IMG/VR virus record: IMGVR_UViG_3300031933_000215
Location: 167,819 to 231,818 of that record
DNA length: 64,000 bases
Direction: 5' to 3' (one strand)
The position numbers and the translations under genes were made by a program. Of the stretch, positions 1 through 8,973 are shown in pieces (the first letter of the stretch is position 1; each line of letters opens with the position of its first letter). The notes below the pieces were generated by a model. That model did no database searches. It was not told the DNA's origin and saw only the letters and a list, made by a program, of their open reading frames with translations.

Positions 1-2
1 TC

Positions 3-557
3 CAGTTCAATACCGGGGAAGGCAATGTCCTATTGACCGACGACGTTGGTAACCATGTACTGTTGGATAGTGCTAACACCAACATCCACCTAGAAAACAT
101 CGAAGGCACCATGGTGGAGTTGAACAAACAGGACATCAACTTTTACGCCCCCAACGACCTGAACGGCCTGGTTGACAACAACGTCAATCTGAAGGTCGGG
201 AACAACATGAACATTGACGTGGTCAAAGACATTAGCATCAAGGCGGGTAAAAACTACACGCTCACCGCTGGGGTGGACATCACGACGAACGCTGGAAAGA
301 ACAGCACCCACAACGCTGGTATGAACTACAGTGTGACCGCCCAACAGATGGTGAACGTCCTGGCCATGAAAACCGCAACGGTCACGGGCAATGTCAGTGC
401 GTCCTTAGTCAGTGGTGGGAATGGTCTAAACGTAACCCCCGCAGGGATCACCATGACAGGTGGCACATCAACCATGGGTATGACACCGGCGGGCGTTCAG
501 TTTGAGTCTCCGGCCATGAACATGAAGGTCGGTTCATTCGATGTAAAACAGGGGTAA
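3..557 (+). CDS. Baseplate central spike protein, C-terminal part (phiKZ gp164-like / VgrG-gp5-like beta-helix); 5' end is outside the window
   Basis: Frame is open from nt 3 (QFNTGEGNVLLTDD...). Has repeated ~8-residue beta-strand units (NLKVGNNM NIDVVKDI SIKAGKNY TLTAGVDI) and lies directly upstream of a PAAR gene. Confidence 0.8.
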   Translation, partial: QFNTGEGNVLLTDDVGNHVLLDSANTNIHLENIEGTMVELNKQDINFYAPNDLNGLVDNNVNLKVGNNMNIDVVKDISIKAGKNYTLTAGVDITTNAGKNSTHNAGMNYSVTAQQMVNVLAMKTATVTGNVSASLVSGGNGLNVTPAGITMTGGTSTMGMTPAGVQFESPAMNMKVGSFDVKQG

Positions 558-561
558 CGCA

Positions 562-825
562 ATGCCAGGTATCAGTTTAGTGGGTGTCGACGCCGCTGGC
601 GGAACTATTAACGGTGGTGGTCAAAGTGTCATGACAGTAGACGGTGCACCCGTAGCAGTCGTGGGTGACGCGGTGGCCGGTCACGGTAAGTCCCCACACG
701 CGGCGCCATCAATGACAGCGGGTTCCAGCATCATGCGCATCAACGGAATTCCTGTGTGTCGGGCAGGGGATTCGGCCAGCTGCGGACACGCCGCCAGTGG
801 GCAATCGTGGTTCAATGTGGATTAA
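562..825 (+). CDS. PAAR-repeat spike tip protein
   Basis: 87 aa with VDGAPVAVVGD and INGIPVCRAGD repeats, plus HGKSPH and CGH metal-binding residues. Confidence 0.9.
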   Translation: MPGISLVGVDAAGGTINGGGQSVMTVDGAPVAVVGDAVAGHGKSPHAAPSMTAGSSIMRINGIPVCRAGDSASCGHAASGQSWFNVD

Positions 826-826
826 G

Positions 827-862
827 GACATAAAGGCGCCCCGAAGGGCGCCAATATGTCGT
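827..862. terminator. Bidirectional terminator hairpin with GACATAAA/TATGTCG arms
   Basis: GGCGCCC/GGGCGCC stem between convergent genes. Confidence 0.7.
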
Positions 863-880
863 CATTTAAGGTAGAACCGA

Positions 881-3181
881 TTAGGCGGTTTCACCTTTTT
901 CTTTTTCTTTTTCTTCTTTTACTGCATGCTGTTTGTGGGTTTTGATGAAATACTCCAAAGTTGAAGCGTACGCTTTTGCTGTGGAAGCAACGTAAGCATG
1001 GAAATCACCTGTCGGTTTGACGAAGTTTCGGACGAGTTCGTTGAGGGTACGAACCGGAAGGTTGGTTCCGGCGCCGACCAACAGCTCGCCAATAGAAGAC
1101 GGACTCTTGCCGTTATTTTCATCCCTGACGATCTTGAACGTAACGTCGACCTTATCCGAAGACATCTTTCTACGGATCTGCTCGTACTTGTCTTGAGCGT
1201 TTTTCGAGTCCTCAAGAACCTTGACAAGAGTTTCCATGGATTTAAGCATACCCTTGATTTCATCCATGGATGGCAGGTCAACCGCGTCCATTTCCGGATT
1301 TGTACCTGTATTTACAGGCACGAAATCGAAGTATGAGAACTTACTCAACGACGGGTTATTATTCCCCTTCACGAACGATTCGATACGCGTCTGGGGTTGT
1401 ACCCACAAGACCAGCGCACGATCCCCTGGAAGGAGTGAGGAGCGTTTGATGCCCTCATAGCCCTTAACATGGTCGGGCAGATCCGATGCCTTTACATCCG
1501 TAGACCCAGGCAGTGGTTTAATGTGTTTCTGCGGGAGCATGAACAGTTCCCGAGCCGTCAGGTCCATAGTGGCTTTCAGGTCCTTTGACTTTGAGAAGTC
1601 GGTCGACATGATGTCGATGCCTTCTTTTATCATGCTCTCGTATTGGCGTGGGTATTGATTGAACATGTAATTAGACACGTCAATCATTGCCTTAATGGTC
1701 TCTGGTTTTGTGGGTCCGAATACCCCGGAAACCATCAAACGTTTACCGCCTTTAACATTTACCTTCTTACTGCCAGCTCCGGACTCAATGGACTCAACTT
1801 CTTTCTTAAGCTGATCCAGTTTCTTCTTGGTACCGGCGACGTCATCGTTGAATTTACCCCAAATGTGCCGGAGTAGTTCAAACAGTTTTTCCATCGCCTT
1901 CTTGCCGGCAGCGATGGTGGCTTTGAAGCCCGACTGGACGCTTTCCAGAGACACCTGGGTTGCGTACTGACGCGAGCTGGTCTGACCGAACGCTTCATTG
2001 GAGGGAATCAGCTGATCGCCACTGAACGACTCGTCCATATGCTCAAGACCAATGCGGATGGACTCGGCGGTAATGGAATCAATACCATCGCCACGTTCCA
2101 GAGCTTTGGTGAGAAGTGAATGGTAGGCTTCCAGAGACTCGCTCACTTTATCAAAATGGGCACCGTCTTGAGCGACCTGGTTCATGTCCTCGACCATCTT
2201 CTCTTCCGGTGAGGTAATGCCCACATCCAGGGACTCGTCTTCTTCAGCACTGACGGAAACATCGCCTTCGCCTTCACCGCTGGCTTCTTCGGTGCCCTTG
2301 GTGTCGGCCGATACCTCTTCTTCCGGCTTGGGAACGTCCTGTTGTGGACCTTCTTTCACTTCGCCAGTAGTTTCGGCTTCGCCGGATTCGGTTTCTTCAG
2401 ACACAGTCACCGGCTGGTGTTCAACATCGCCGTTTACTTCGGCGTCGCCAGCGGTTTCTTCTTCCGGATCACCGGCTTCGGATTCCACGTCGTCAGCTTC
2501 AGAGACCGATTCTTCTTCGGCTTGGGCTTCAGCTTCCGCAGGAGCTTCTTCAGCGGGTCCTTCTTCGACCACGGGTGTTTTCCCAGCTTCTTCCTCTTCC
2601 CCACCTTCTTCGGCGTCAGAGGCCGGCTCTTCACCAGACTGCTCGTCCACTTCTTCTTTTACAGCTTCGGCATCGTCGGCATCGGCTTCAGCAGACTCTT
2701 CCTCGGCATCGTCGGAAGAGGTTTCTTCTTCCTGCTCGCCATCGTCGGAAGCTTCTTCCTCGCCAGCTTCCTCTTCTTCCTCACCGGCTTCGGATTCTTC
2801 GCCGTCTTCTTCGGCTTCTTCCTCGTCCTTTTCTTCAGACTCTTCGTCTTTCTCTTCGGAGTCGTCGTCGGAGGACTCTTCCTCTTCCTCACGCTCCTCT
2901 TCTTCGTCCTTTTCCTCTTCCTCCTCTTCTTCCTTGCTGTCCTCGGAGGAAACGGTCACTTTTTGGTGACCTTGGTCTCTGGTCGTGTGTTTCGGAGCGT
3001 CGTCGGACGCCGCGTCGAGCTCCGCTACCGCCGGCTTGGCTGTATCCGCATCACCGCTCTGTTCATTGCTGGCGTCAGAGAAATCGTCTTTCGGGGTTTC
3101 ACCGTCCTGAACAACAACCTTCTGGTCTTCGTTGTTGTCTTCGTTACTGGACGTCAGCCATTGCTTGATAAATCGAGACAT
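881..3181 (-). CDS. Inner-head (ejection / inner-body) protein with a very long acidic N-terminal pro-region (phiKZ gp93/gp162 family-like)
   Basis: About 330 D/E-rich N-terminal residues, then SLEAY..L..G.GID..TAE.I.IGL and SNE/SLE motifs matching the S/A/G-x-E prohead protease site. Confidence 0.7.
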   Translation of the reverse strand: MSRFIKQWLTSSNEDNNEDQKVVVQDGETPKDDFSDASNEQSGDADTAKPAVAELDAASDDAPKHTTRDQGHQKVTVSSEDSKEEEEEEEKDEEEEREEEEESSDDDSEEKDEESEEKDEEEAEEDGEESEAGEEEEEAGEEEASDDGEQEEETSSDDAEEESAEADADDAEAVKEEVDEQSGEEPASDAEEGGEEEEAGKTPVVEEGPAEEAPAEAEAQAEEESVSEADDVESEAGDPEEETAGDAEVNGDVEHQPVTVSEETESGEAETTGEVKEGPQQDVPKPEEEVSADTKGTEEASGEGEGDVSVSAEEDESLDVGITSPEEKMVEDMNQVAQDGAHFDKVSESLEAYHSLLTKALERGDGIDSITAESIRIGLEHMDESFSGDQLIPSNEAFGQTSSRQYATQVSLESVQSGFKATIAAGKKAMEKLFELLRHIWGKFNDDVAGTKKKLDQLKKEVESIESGAGSKKVNVKGGKRLMVSGVFGPTKPETIKAMIDVSNYMFNQYPRQYESMIKEGIDIMSTDFSKSKDLKATMDLTARELFMLPQKHIKPLPGSTDVKASDLPDHVKGYEGIKRSSLLPGDRALVLWVQPQTRIESFVKGNNNPSLSKFSYFDFVPVNTGTNPEMDAVDLPSMDEIKGMLKSMETLVKVLEDSKNAQDKYEQIRRKMSSDKVDVTFKIVRDENNGKSPSSIGELLVGAGTNLPVRTLNELVRNFVKPTGDFHAYVASTAKAYASTLEYFIKTHKQHAVKEEKEKEKGETA

Positions 3182-3272
3182 TAGGATTACTCCTCGTTGC
3201 TACGTAACAAATAGAGCTGTATGCTCCAAAGGAAATGCCCGGCCGGGGGCATGTATGATTCCAAAGCATTGG

Positions 3273-3890
3273 TTACTCTGGGATCAAATTATTGTCTTTT
3301 AGGATCTGCTCCATGATGGCCAAACGCTGTTCGAGTTGGGCGTTTTTCTCCGACAACTCCAACACACGGGCATGGGACGTGGTGCGGTTGCTGATGGCCG
3401 CCGCGCGCGCGGTCTCCAACACCTCGTGCTGTTCGGGTGAGATGGTCCCTTTCATGGGAGCAACACCCAACTCCACTTTTGGTTGCATGCCGATGGTGTC
3501 TGACACCACCGCACCGACTTGATCCTGCAAGAAGGTTAAGTCTATATAATCGGGTAGGGGACCCAAAGACGCACTGAGCACCACATGGTGGTAATTACGA
3601 TGCGAGAGATCGGGGATCGCTTCAATATAACTACTGGGCACGTAGATGGGGGCGCTGGTCTCCGACGTCAGTGTGACGATTGCCACCTTTTCCCGTCGGT
3701 CTTTCTCAAAGACGTTCCGGTCCACCCCCATGGGCTGGTAGTAGTCTTCATAGACATCGAACCCAAGGTTCTCAATGTCCACGAAGTAGCGGATCGCCGC
3801 ACACGTGTACAGCGTGTCGGGCGAAGCGTTCCATGGGGACTTCAGACTGTAACGCCCTTTCATCCCCAACGTTGGGATAATCGATGCCAT
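3273..3890 (-). CDS. Conserved phiKZ-like virion structural protein
   Basis: 205-aa ORF with good RBS, in a structural operon; C-terminal coiled coil. Confidence 0.6.
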   Translation of the reverse strand: MASIIPTLGMKGRYSLKSPWNASPDTLYTCAAIRYFVDIENLGFDVYEDYYQPMGVDRNVFEKDRREKVAIVTLTSETSAPIYVPSSYIEAIPDLSHRNYHHVVLSASLGPLPDYIDLTFLQDQVGAVVSDTIGMQPKVELGVAPMKGTISPEQHEVLETARAAAISNRTTSHARVLELSEKNAQLEQRLAIMEQILKDNNLIPE

Positions 3891-3897
3891 GTTAACC

Positions 3898-5028
3898 TCA
3901 TGTTCTTAGGACCTGACGGACAGTGCCGTTGTGGTCGCGATAAAAGACTTTTCGGGTCGTTGTACTGAAACACATCCGGCCCGGTTTTAGAATGTCGTCC
4001 AGATTACCGGCCACCACGGACCAACTCTGACCATCCCAATCGTGACGACTGCCATCACGCAAGTCGTAAACACTCAAGGCATTGCCTGGGCGTTGATGCG
4101 CTTCCCAGATTGCGTTGTCCTGCGAGATCGCCACGTACCCATAAGGAGACGGACCTTTAAAGCGAGCCAAGGATGGATGGTCGTTCAAACTGAAGGTCAA
4201 TGTGGCTTCCGGGACCAATCCAGGTACGTCGTAATTACTGGTCTCGATGGTGAACTGGTCACCATTGCGGGTGACGCGCAGTTGAATCCCGTTCGGTGCT
4301 TCCGCCCAGGGTTTTACTGCATATGGGGCCGTACCACCCAAACTCTCTTTCGTTGGGGCCGGTCCCGTGGCGGGAGTTCCGTCTACCCACAACAACCCTT
4401 CGTTCTGTTCGGCAATGACAATACCACCAATGGTGTTGTAGTCCACGGCAACCTGCATGGCCGAGTCCAAGCCGGAATAGTTGTCCCAAACCGAACGGAA
4501 AACAGTCAACGTGTGGGTGGTCCCATCTGGGTCACGGACGTAGCCGAGTAATAACCCCAACGGGTCGTTCTGCCACGTAGAGGTTGACTTCAAGGTGACG
4601 TCCAATACATAATCTTCATACGCGTCGGGCGATACAAACCCAACCATGGATTTGGTATCGACACTGTTCTTAATGACATCGTTGGTCGCGTCGTAAGTGA
4701 AGCCCGCCAGATCGCCAGGGATGGCGTTATCACTGAAACCCACCTCAGCTTTTGTCGGTGAATTGTTCTGCCAGTTACCCCGGGAGATTTTCTGCCAACT
4801 ATTGAAAACGTATTCGTTGGATTGAAGGGTGGTTTTACTATACCCTAGATCTGTACTATTATTCACCACCGTGGTTTGCTTCACCAACGGGTCGTTCAAA
4901 AAAGAGAACTGACCATCATGGTTATCAATAAACAGGGCATTGTTCACCGGACCCGATGCTCGGGCTAATACCGTTCGTATTTTACTGGTATAACCAAGCA
5001 CTGAGTTCCGTAGAGTGGTCATGTCCAT
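3898..5028 (-). CDS. Putative tail-fibre/baseplate-associated protein with lectin-like beta-sandwich; paralogue of 5444..6505
   Basis: Collinear similarity to 5444..6505 (YDATNDVIKNSV vs YDADNDRIRSTV; GIQLRVTRNGDQFTIETS vs GIRLKVTREDDIITIETS). Confidence 0.6.
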   Translation of the reverse strand: MDMTTLRNSVLGYTSKIRTVLARASGPVNNALFIDNHDGQFSFLNDPLVKQTTVVNNSTDLGYSKTTLQSNEYVFNSWQKISRGNWQNNSPTKAEVGFSDNAIPGDLAGFTYDATNDVIKNSVDTKSMVGFVSPDAYEDYVLDVTLKSTSTWQNDPLGLLLGYVRDPDGTTHTLTVFRSVWDNYSGLDSAMQVAVDYNTIGGIVIAEQNEGLLWVDGTPATGPAPTKESLGGTAPYAVKPWAEAPNGIQLRVTRNGDQFTIETSNYDVPGLVPEATLTFSLNDHPSLARFKGPSPYGYVAISQDNAIWEAHQRPGNALSVYDLRDGSRHDWDGQSWSVVAGNLDDILKPGRMCFSTTTRKVFYRDHNGTVRQVLRT

Positions 5029-5043
5029 GTTGTTACCTTTGAG

Positions 5044-5436
5044 TTACATTGGGTTGGACCCGGTTGTGAGGTTCACCCGACTCAGTCGTAAATAACTGTC
5101 GCAGTAATACATCTTACCGGTGGGGGTAGAATAGCACAACGTGTTGGCCCGAAGGAAAGTCTGATCACCGCCATAGGTCGATACCGACCATGTCCCTGCC
5201 GTGAGTACCCACAGCTCAGTTGTTCGCATGTCGATGAACTGCGTCTGTGTTTGGCGGAGGGTGTTGATATCGGAGTCAGTCTCAGCGACCGCCAACGAAC
5301 TGACCGGATAGGCTTCGGTCATAATCAAACCACTGCTACCACCTACCGCGTGAACCAAACTACCATTGGCCGGAAGCGATAGGAAACGACCCACCACCAG
5401 ATCCAGCCATCGTCGAACCGATTGTTTTAATGACAT
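5044..5436 (-). CDS. Small virion protein sharing a C-terminal module with its neighbours
   Basis: C-terminus TLCYSTPTGKMYY resembles RMCFSTTTRKVFY (3898..5028) and WMHHNPTTGKYFY (5444..6505). Confidence 0.55.
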   Translation of the reverse strand: MSLKQSVRRWLDLVVGRFLSLPANGSLVHAVGGSSGLIMTEAYPVSSLAVAETDSDINTLRQTQTQFIDMRTTELWVLTAGTWSVSTYGGDQTFLRANTLCYSTPTGKMYYCDSYLRLSRVNLTTGSNPM

Positions 5437-5443
5437 GTTCGCC

Positions 5444-6505
5444 TCACAGTCTTAGGATGTTGTTAGCTGGGTCAACGTAAAAGTATTTCCCAGTGGTGGG
5501 GTTATGATGCATCCAGTTAGGAATCAACTTACCGGTGGTGACCAGATCGGCAACCGTTGTGGACTTAGGCTGCCATGACCCGTCTACGTAATCGTACTGA
5601 GTCATGGTCCTGAGATCCAAGATCGACATGCGGTCCCCGGCGCGTTGCAATACATCCCACGTACTACCGGCCTGCGATTGGCATGCGTACCCGTACCGCT
5701 GGGGCCCACGGAAAACCGCCAATTCAGGGTCGGAGGTAAGATCAATGACTGTTTTTGCTGGCTCATAATAAACCGTCGAGTTGATCTGGCTGGTTTCGAT
5801 GGTAATGATGTCGTCTTCGCGAGTGACTTTCAATCGGATACCGTTAGGCCAATTACCCCACCCGTAAGCGCCTGAGTTTTGGTTGCCTGCAAACGACCCG
5901 GTCGCAGTACTACCATCGGGCCACTTCAATCCACTGAATACATTACGGATTACTAGGTTATCAATCCCCCGGTCTTTTAAAATCCCCATAGGGGCTGCAC
6001 CCATCAACGAACGCATGACATCCAAGGTATGGGTTCGGCCATTCACGTCCGTTGCGTGCGCTATGACCAACCCGATGTAATCGTCATCGTTGTTCGATGA
6101 ACGCAGGATGGTTTCCAACGTGTAGTTGTTGTACCGTTGATTGGAGATAAACCCAATGAAACTTACTGAGTTTACCGTACTCCGAATTCGGTCATTGTCG
6201 GCGTCATACGACCATGAAGTCAATTCGCTGGGGTACGCCTCATCGTCGTATGGGTTATTAGGGTTCTCATCCCCTTTTCGGGCGAACCGTTGCCATTGAT
6301 TAAACACCACGTCAAATGATTCTTTTTGCTCCTGCTGTAGGGCCAATTCCTCATCGGTTTCAATGATGCCCAGTTGATTAACCACCGGTCTCGGTTTGAA
6401 CACACCGTCCTTCATGGCCAATACCTGGTTCTTGGTATTTACTGGCAAGGTGGTTCGTTGGTTGAACGCGGTGGCAAACCGTTTTAACGCGGCAACCACG
6501 GTCAT
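5444..6505 (-). CDS. Putative tail-fibre/baseplate-associated protein with lectin-like beta-sandwich
   Basis: Paralogue of 3898..5028; contains NNDDDYIGLV. Confidence 0.6.
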   Translation of the reverse strand: MTVVAALKRFATAFNQRTTLPVNTKNQVLAMKDGVFKPRPVVNQLGIIETDEELALQQEQKESFDVVFNQWQRFARKGDENPNNPYDDEAYPSELTSWSYDADNDRIRSTVNSVSFIGFISNQRYNNYTLETILRSSNNDDDYIGLVIAHATDVNGRTHTLDVMRSLMGAAPMGILKDRGIDNLVIRNVFSGLKWPDGSTATGSFAGNQNSGAYGWGNWPNGIRLKVTREDDIITIETSQINSTVYYEPAKTVIDLTSDPELAVFRGPQRYGYACQSQAGSTWDVLQRAGDRMSILDLRTMTQYDYVDGSWQPKSTTVADLVTTGKLIPNWMHHNPTTGKYFYVDPANNILRL

Positions 6506-6567
6506 GTTAATACCTCACTTGGTTTTCAAAAAAAAATAACAACTATCGCCGGCATGTTGTTTGAGAA

Positions 6568-6600
6568 TTATAAAGGGGGCTTTCGCTCCCCCTTTATAAT
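6568..6600. terminator. Rho-independent terminator hairpin
   Basis: ATTATAAAGGGGG/CCCCCTTTATAAT inverted repeat with poly-A/T flanks. Confidence 0.75.
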
Positions 6601-6635
6601 GTTATTTTGTCCAACAAAACCAACTACCAAACTCT

Positions 6636-7955
6636 TTAACCATTACCTGTCAACTCTTCTACCGTTGGCTTACCCACAATCAGGTAGTTCGCATTTTCGT
6701 ATGGGAAAATAACATACGAAACACCGCCCCGGGTGATCCGATTCATGGTCACTGGGAGCTCGCTGGTCGGACTCAGAGTCTCTGCGATTTTGACCGCTTC
6801 ACTCAACAGGGTAAAGAACTCTTGAGTGCGCGGTTGCATCCGGTTGTAATCGGAAGATTCGTTAGAGACAATGAGGTAGTCCTCAAACTTACTGTAAAAG
6901 CTGGTAATGCCGTCCTGGTTTTGTGGGTTACCCACAACCCCAAATGCCAGCGACTTGTACAATAGGTTTGAAAGCTCGTACTCGTTGTTGATCCACGCAT
7001 CGTTATACTGCGGTCCCAGTGTGGTCTTCCGTAACAGGCTGGTGATGTCTTTTGGCTTCACCGTAGGACTGTAGATACCCGCTTTCAGTTCACGGTTGGG
7101 TACGCCGTAATGAGTCCAGAACGGTGTGATCACAAACTCAGTGGTGATGAAGATCTCAGGTAGGATCTTGGACCAGTCATCTTCACCGTACTCGCTGTTA
7201 GCCAAGATGTAATCGACAATCGCCTGTTTCATCTTGTCGGGGTTATTACCCGCTGGACCATAAATGATGAGCAACCACTCGGTCGGGATTTCCCAACCGG
7301 TGTCGTTGGGGTCCACGTAATTAAAGCGCAGCGCTTTCAGGTCCGTGTATGGGTACTCACCCCGAGTGATTTCCACCTCACCCAGTTTCTCCACCAAGTC
7401 GAACTGATTCAACCGTTGCTGTACCCGCACCGGGTCCAAGAAGAAATCATCAATTGGGGTAAACGGTGGGATGACTTCAATCTGAGATTCGTCGTATTGG
7501 TACCGGAAGGCCGCGTCGGACAGCCAGACCGAAATGTAGTTTTCTTCACCGAGCTGCGAATCGGTAAAGCTGACCCAAGTGGGCATCCAAAGACCGTCCG
7601 AACGCTCCAACGGGCCAAATGTGAAATCGGCTATTTGATCAGCAAATTCAGCCTTGACCATCTGCAGAAAAGCGGTTCGGTCACTGCTGATTGACTGCTC
7701 GTTGGCCCGGTCGTAAATGTACTGACCCAGCGTCAGTATACGGGTCACCAACGTCATGTTCGGGTTAACTGGTTGGTTGTCCTTTACGCTATGAAACGAA
7801 ACAAGAGTCGTTACTGGAGCTTGTTCATCGGTGTGGTACGTTTTGTCTTTGGCATAGGTGGATGAATGCGTGGAAAGTTCGCCAAAACGGGCGACTGCAT
7901 CACGTGTGTTATCGACCAACGTCGAATAGCTGAAAAACCCTTTCAGTACAAACAT
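6636..7955 (-). CDS. Conserved phiKZ-like virion structural protein
   Basis: 439-aa ORF (MFVLKGF...FGELST...) with RBS, heading the structural operon. Confidence 0.6.
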   Translation of the reverse strand: MFVLKGFFSYSTLVDNTRDAVARFGELSTHSSTYAKDKTYHTDEQAPVTTLVSFHSVKDNQPVNPNMTLVTRILTLGQYIYDRANEQSISSDRTAFLQMVKAEFADQIADFTFGPLERSDGLWMPTWVSFTDSQLGEENYISVWLSDAAFRYQYDESQIEVIPPFTPIDDFFLDPVRVQQRLNQFDLVEKLGEVEITRGEYPYTDLKALRFNYVDPNDTGWEIPTEWLLIIYGPAGNNPDKMKQAIVDYILANSEYGEDDWSKILPEIFITTEFVITPFWTHYGVPNRELKAGIYSPTVKPKDITSLLRKTTLGPQYNDAWINNEYELSNLLYKSLAFGVVGNPQNQDGITSFYSKFEDYLIVSNESSDYNRMQPRTQEFFTLLSEAVKIAETLSPTSELPVTMNRITRGGVSYVIFPYENANYLIVGKPTVEELTGNG

Positions 7956-8164
7956 GCCTATTTTTCCTTTAATAAAGGTTGAAATCGATTGCGAGTTCCT
8001 ATAAAATCAACGGGCGATGCGGGAGTTAACCCCCGGTCGTCGGTTCGTTCCTAATAGCAATATCGGGAGTTTAGCGCTGTTACCTACCGTAAATGTGAAA
8101 AGACCTTCGTGACGGCCTAAGGTAGGAGTAGTATCACAACATGACAACTGTCACGAGGTAGTGC

Positions 8165-8503
8165 ATGTTATCAACCATACTAAAAGCCCTTGTGGTGGTC
8201 TGGCCTTTCTTCAAAGCCCTGATCTTTAAAGACCGTTCAGCCATGGAAGTGTTGAGCGATAATAAGCAGTTCACTGGCATGTTCGTAGTGTTGGTGGTGG
8301 TGGCTTTGATGTTTTACGTGACGTTGAACGAACTTTCTGAAACGAAAGTGGTTCTTCAAGCACGGGAGCAAGAATTGAGTCAACTCCAAAAGCGCTGTCG
8401 AACACCGGTGGTTCCAGGTGTCAATTCGCCTGTAATAGAAAAAGACGAAGAACCGCCGTTCGATAAGAGTCCGGTCCTAGAACTGCTGGACATCGAAGGA
8501 TAA
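8165..8503 (+). CDS. Membrane protein, candidate inner-membrane spanin (or holin-like)
   Basis: TM segment GMFVVLVVVALMFYVTL followed by a heptad-like helix, a Cys and a Pro-rich tail. Confidence 0.45.
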   Translation: MLSTILKALVVVWPFFKALIFKDRSAMEVLSDNKQFTGMFVVLVVVALMFYVTLNELSETKVVLQAREQELSQLQKRCRTPVVPGVNSPVIEKDEEPPFDKSPVLELLDIEG

Positions 8504-8506
8504 AAC

Positions 8507-8914
8507 ATGGAGTTTACCATGCTGCACCGTATTGGATTACTCAGCGGTGTTGTGTTGTTGGCATTGGGTGGGTGTACCGTGCACGTGGGGTACACCCCCA
8601 AACTTTACCTCGCCCAATCCGACCGTCTCCAAACGGATCTCGACACATCACCCACGTTTACCTTACAGAGCGAATCACGACCTGCAGTGATTCCCAATCC
8701 ACCCACAACTAACGGTGGTTGTGTAATACCACCCAAACCACCAAAAGTTCCCATTCCCGAACCGCTTCAACTGGTTAACCCCACGGTCGACAGTGATAAG
8801 AAAGTCACCGAGGTGCTGGCCAACCACGTCGTACTGCTGCGTGAGTTCATTGAAGCCGAACGGAAACGGGAACAAGAGTACCACACCGCCCTGCGTGAAG
8901 CGTGTAATCCGTAA
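8507..8914 (+). CDS. Lipoprotein, candidate outer-membrane spanin
   Basis: Signal peptide II with lipobox LGG-C, Pro-rich linker, extra Cys residues and a C-terminal helix. Confidence 0.5.
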   Translation: MEFTMLHRIGLLSGVVLLALGGCTVHVGYTPKLYLAQSDRLQTDLDTSPTFTLQSESRPAVIPNPPTTNGGCVIPPKPPKVPIPEPLQLVNPTVDSDKKVTEVLANHVVLLREFIEAERKREQEYHTALREACNP

Positions 8915-8973
8915 ATATTACCATCGGGCGTTATGGTGTAGCAGGTTCACCATAAGAAAAGGATAACGTTGTT

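Noticed and set aside
2184-3184. Long Ser-rich and Phe-rich + strand ORFs
   Set aside because: Antisense shadows of the GAA/GAC-rich acidic region of 881..3181.
8095-8135. c-di-GMP-I riboswitch-like words (GGCCTAA...GGTAGG)
   Set aside because: The P2 GNRA hairpin and P1 arrangement are not present.
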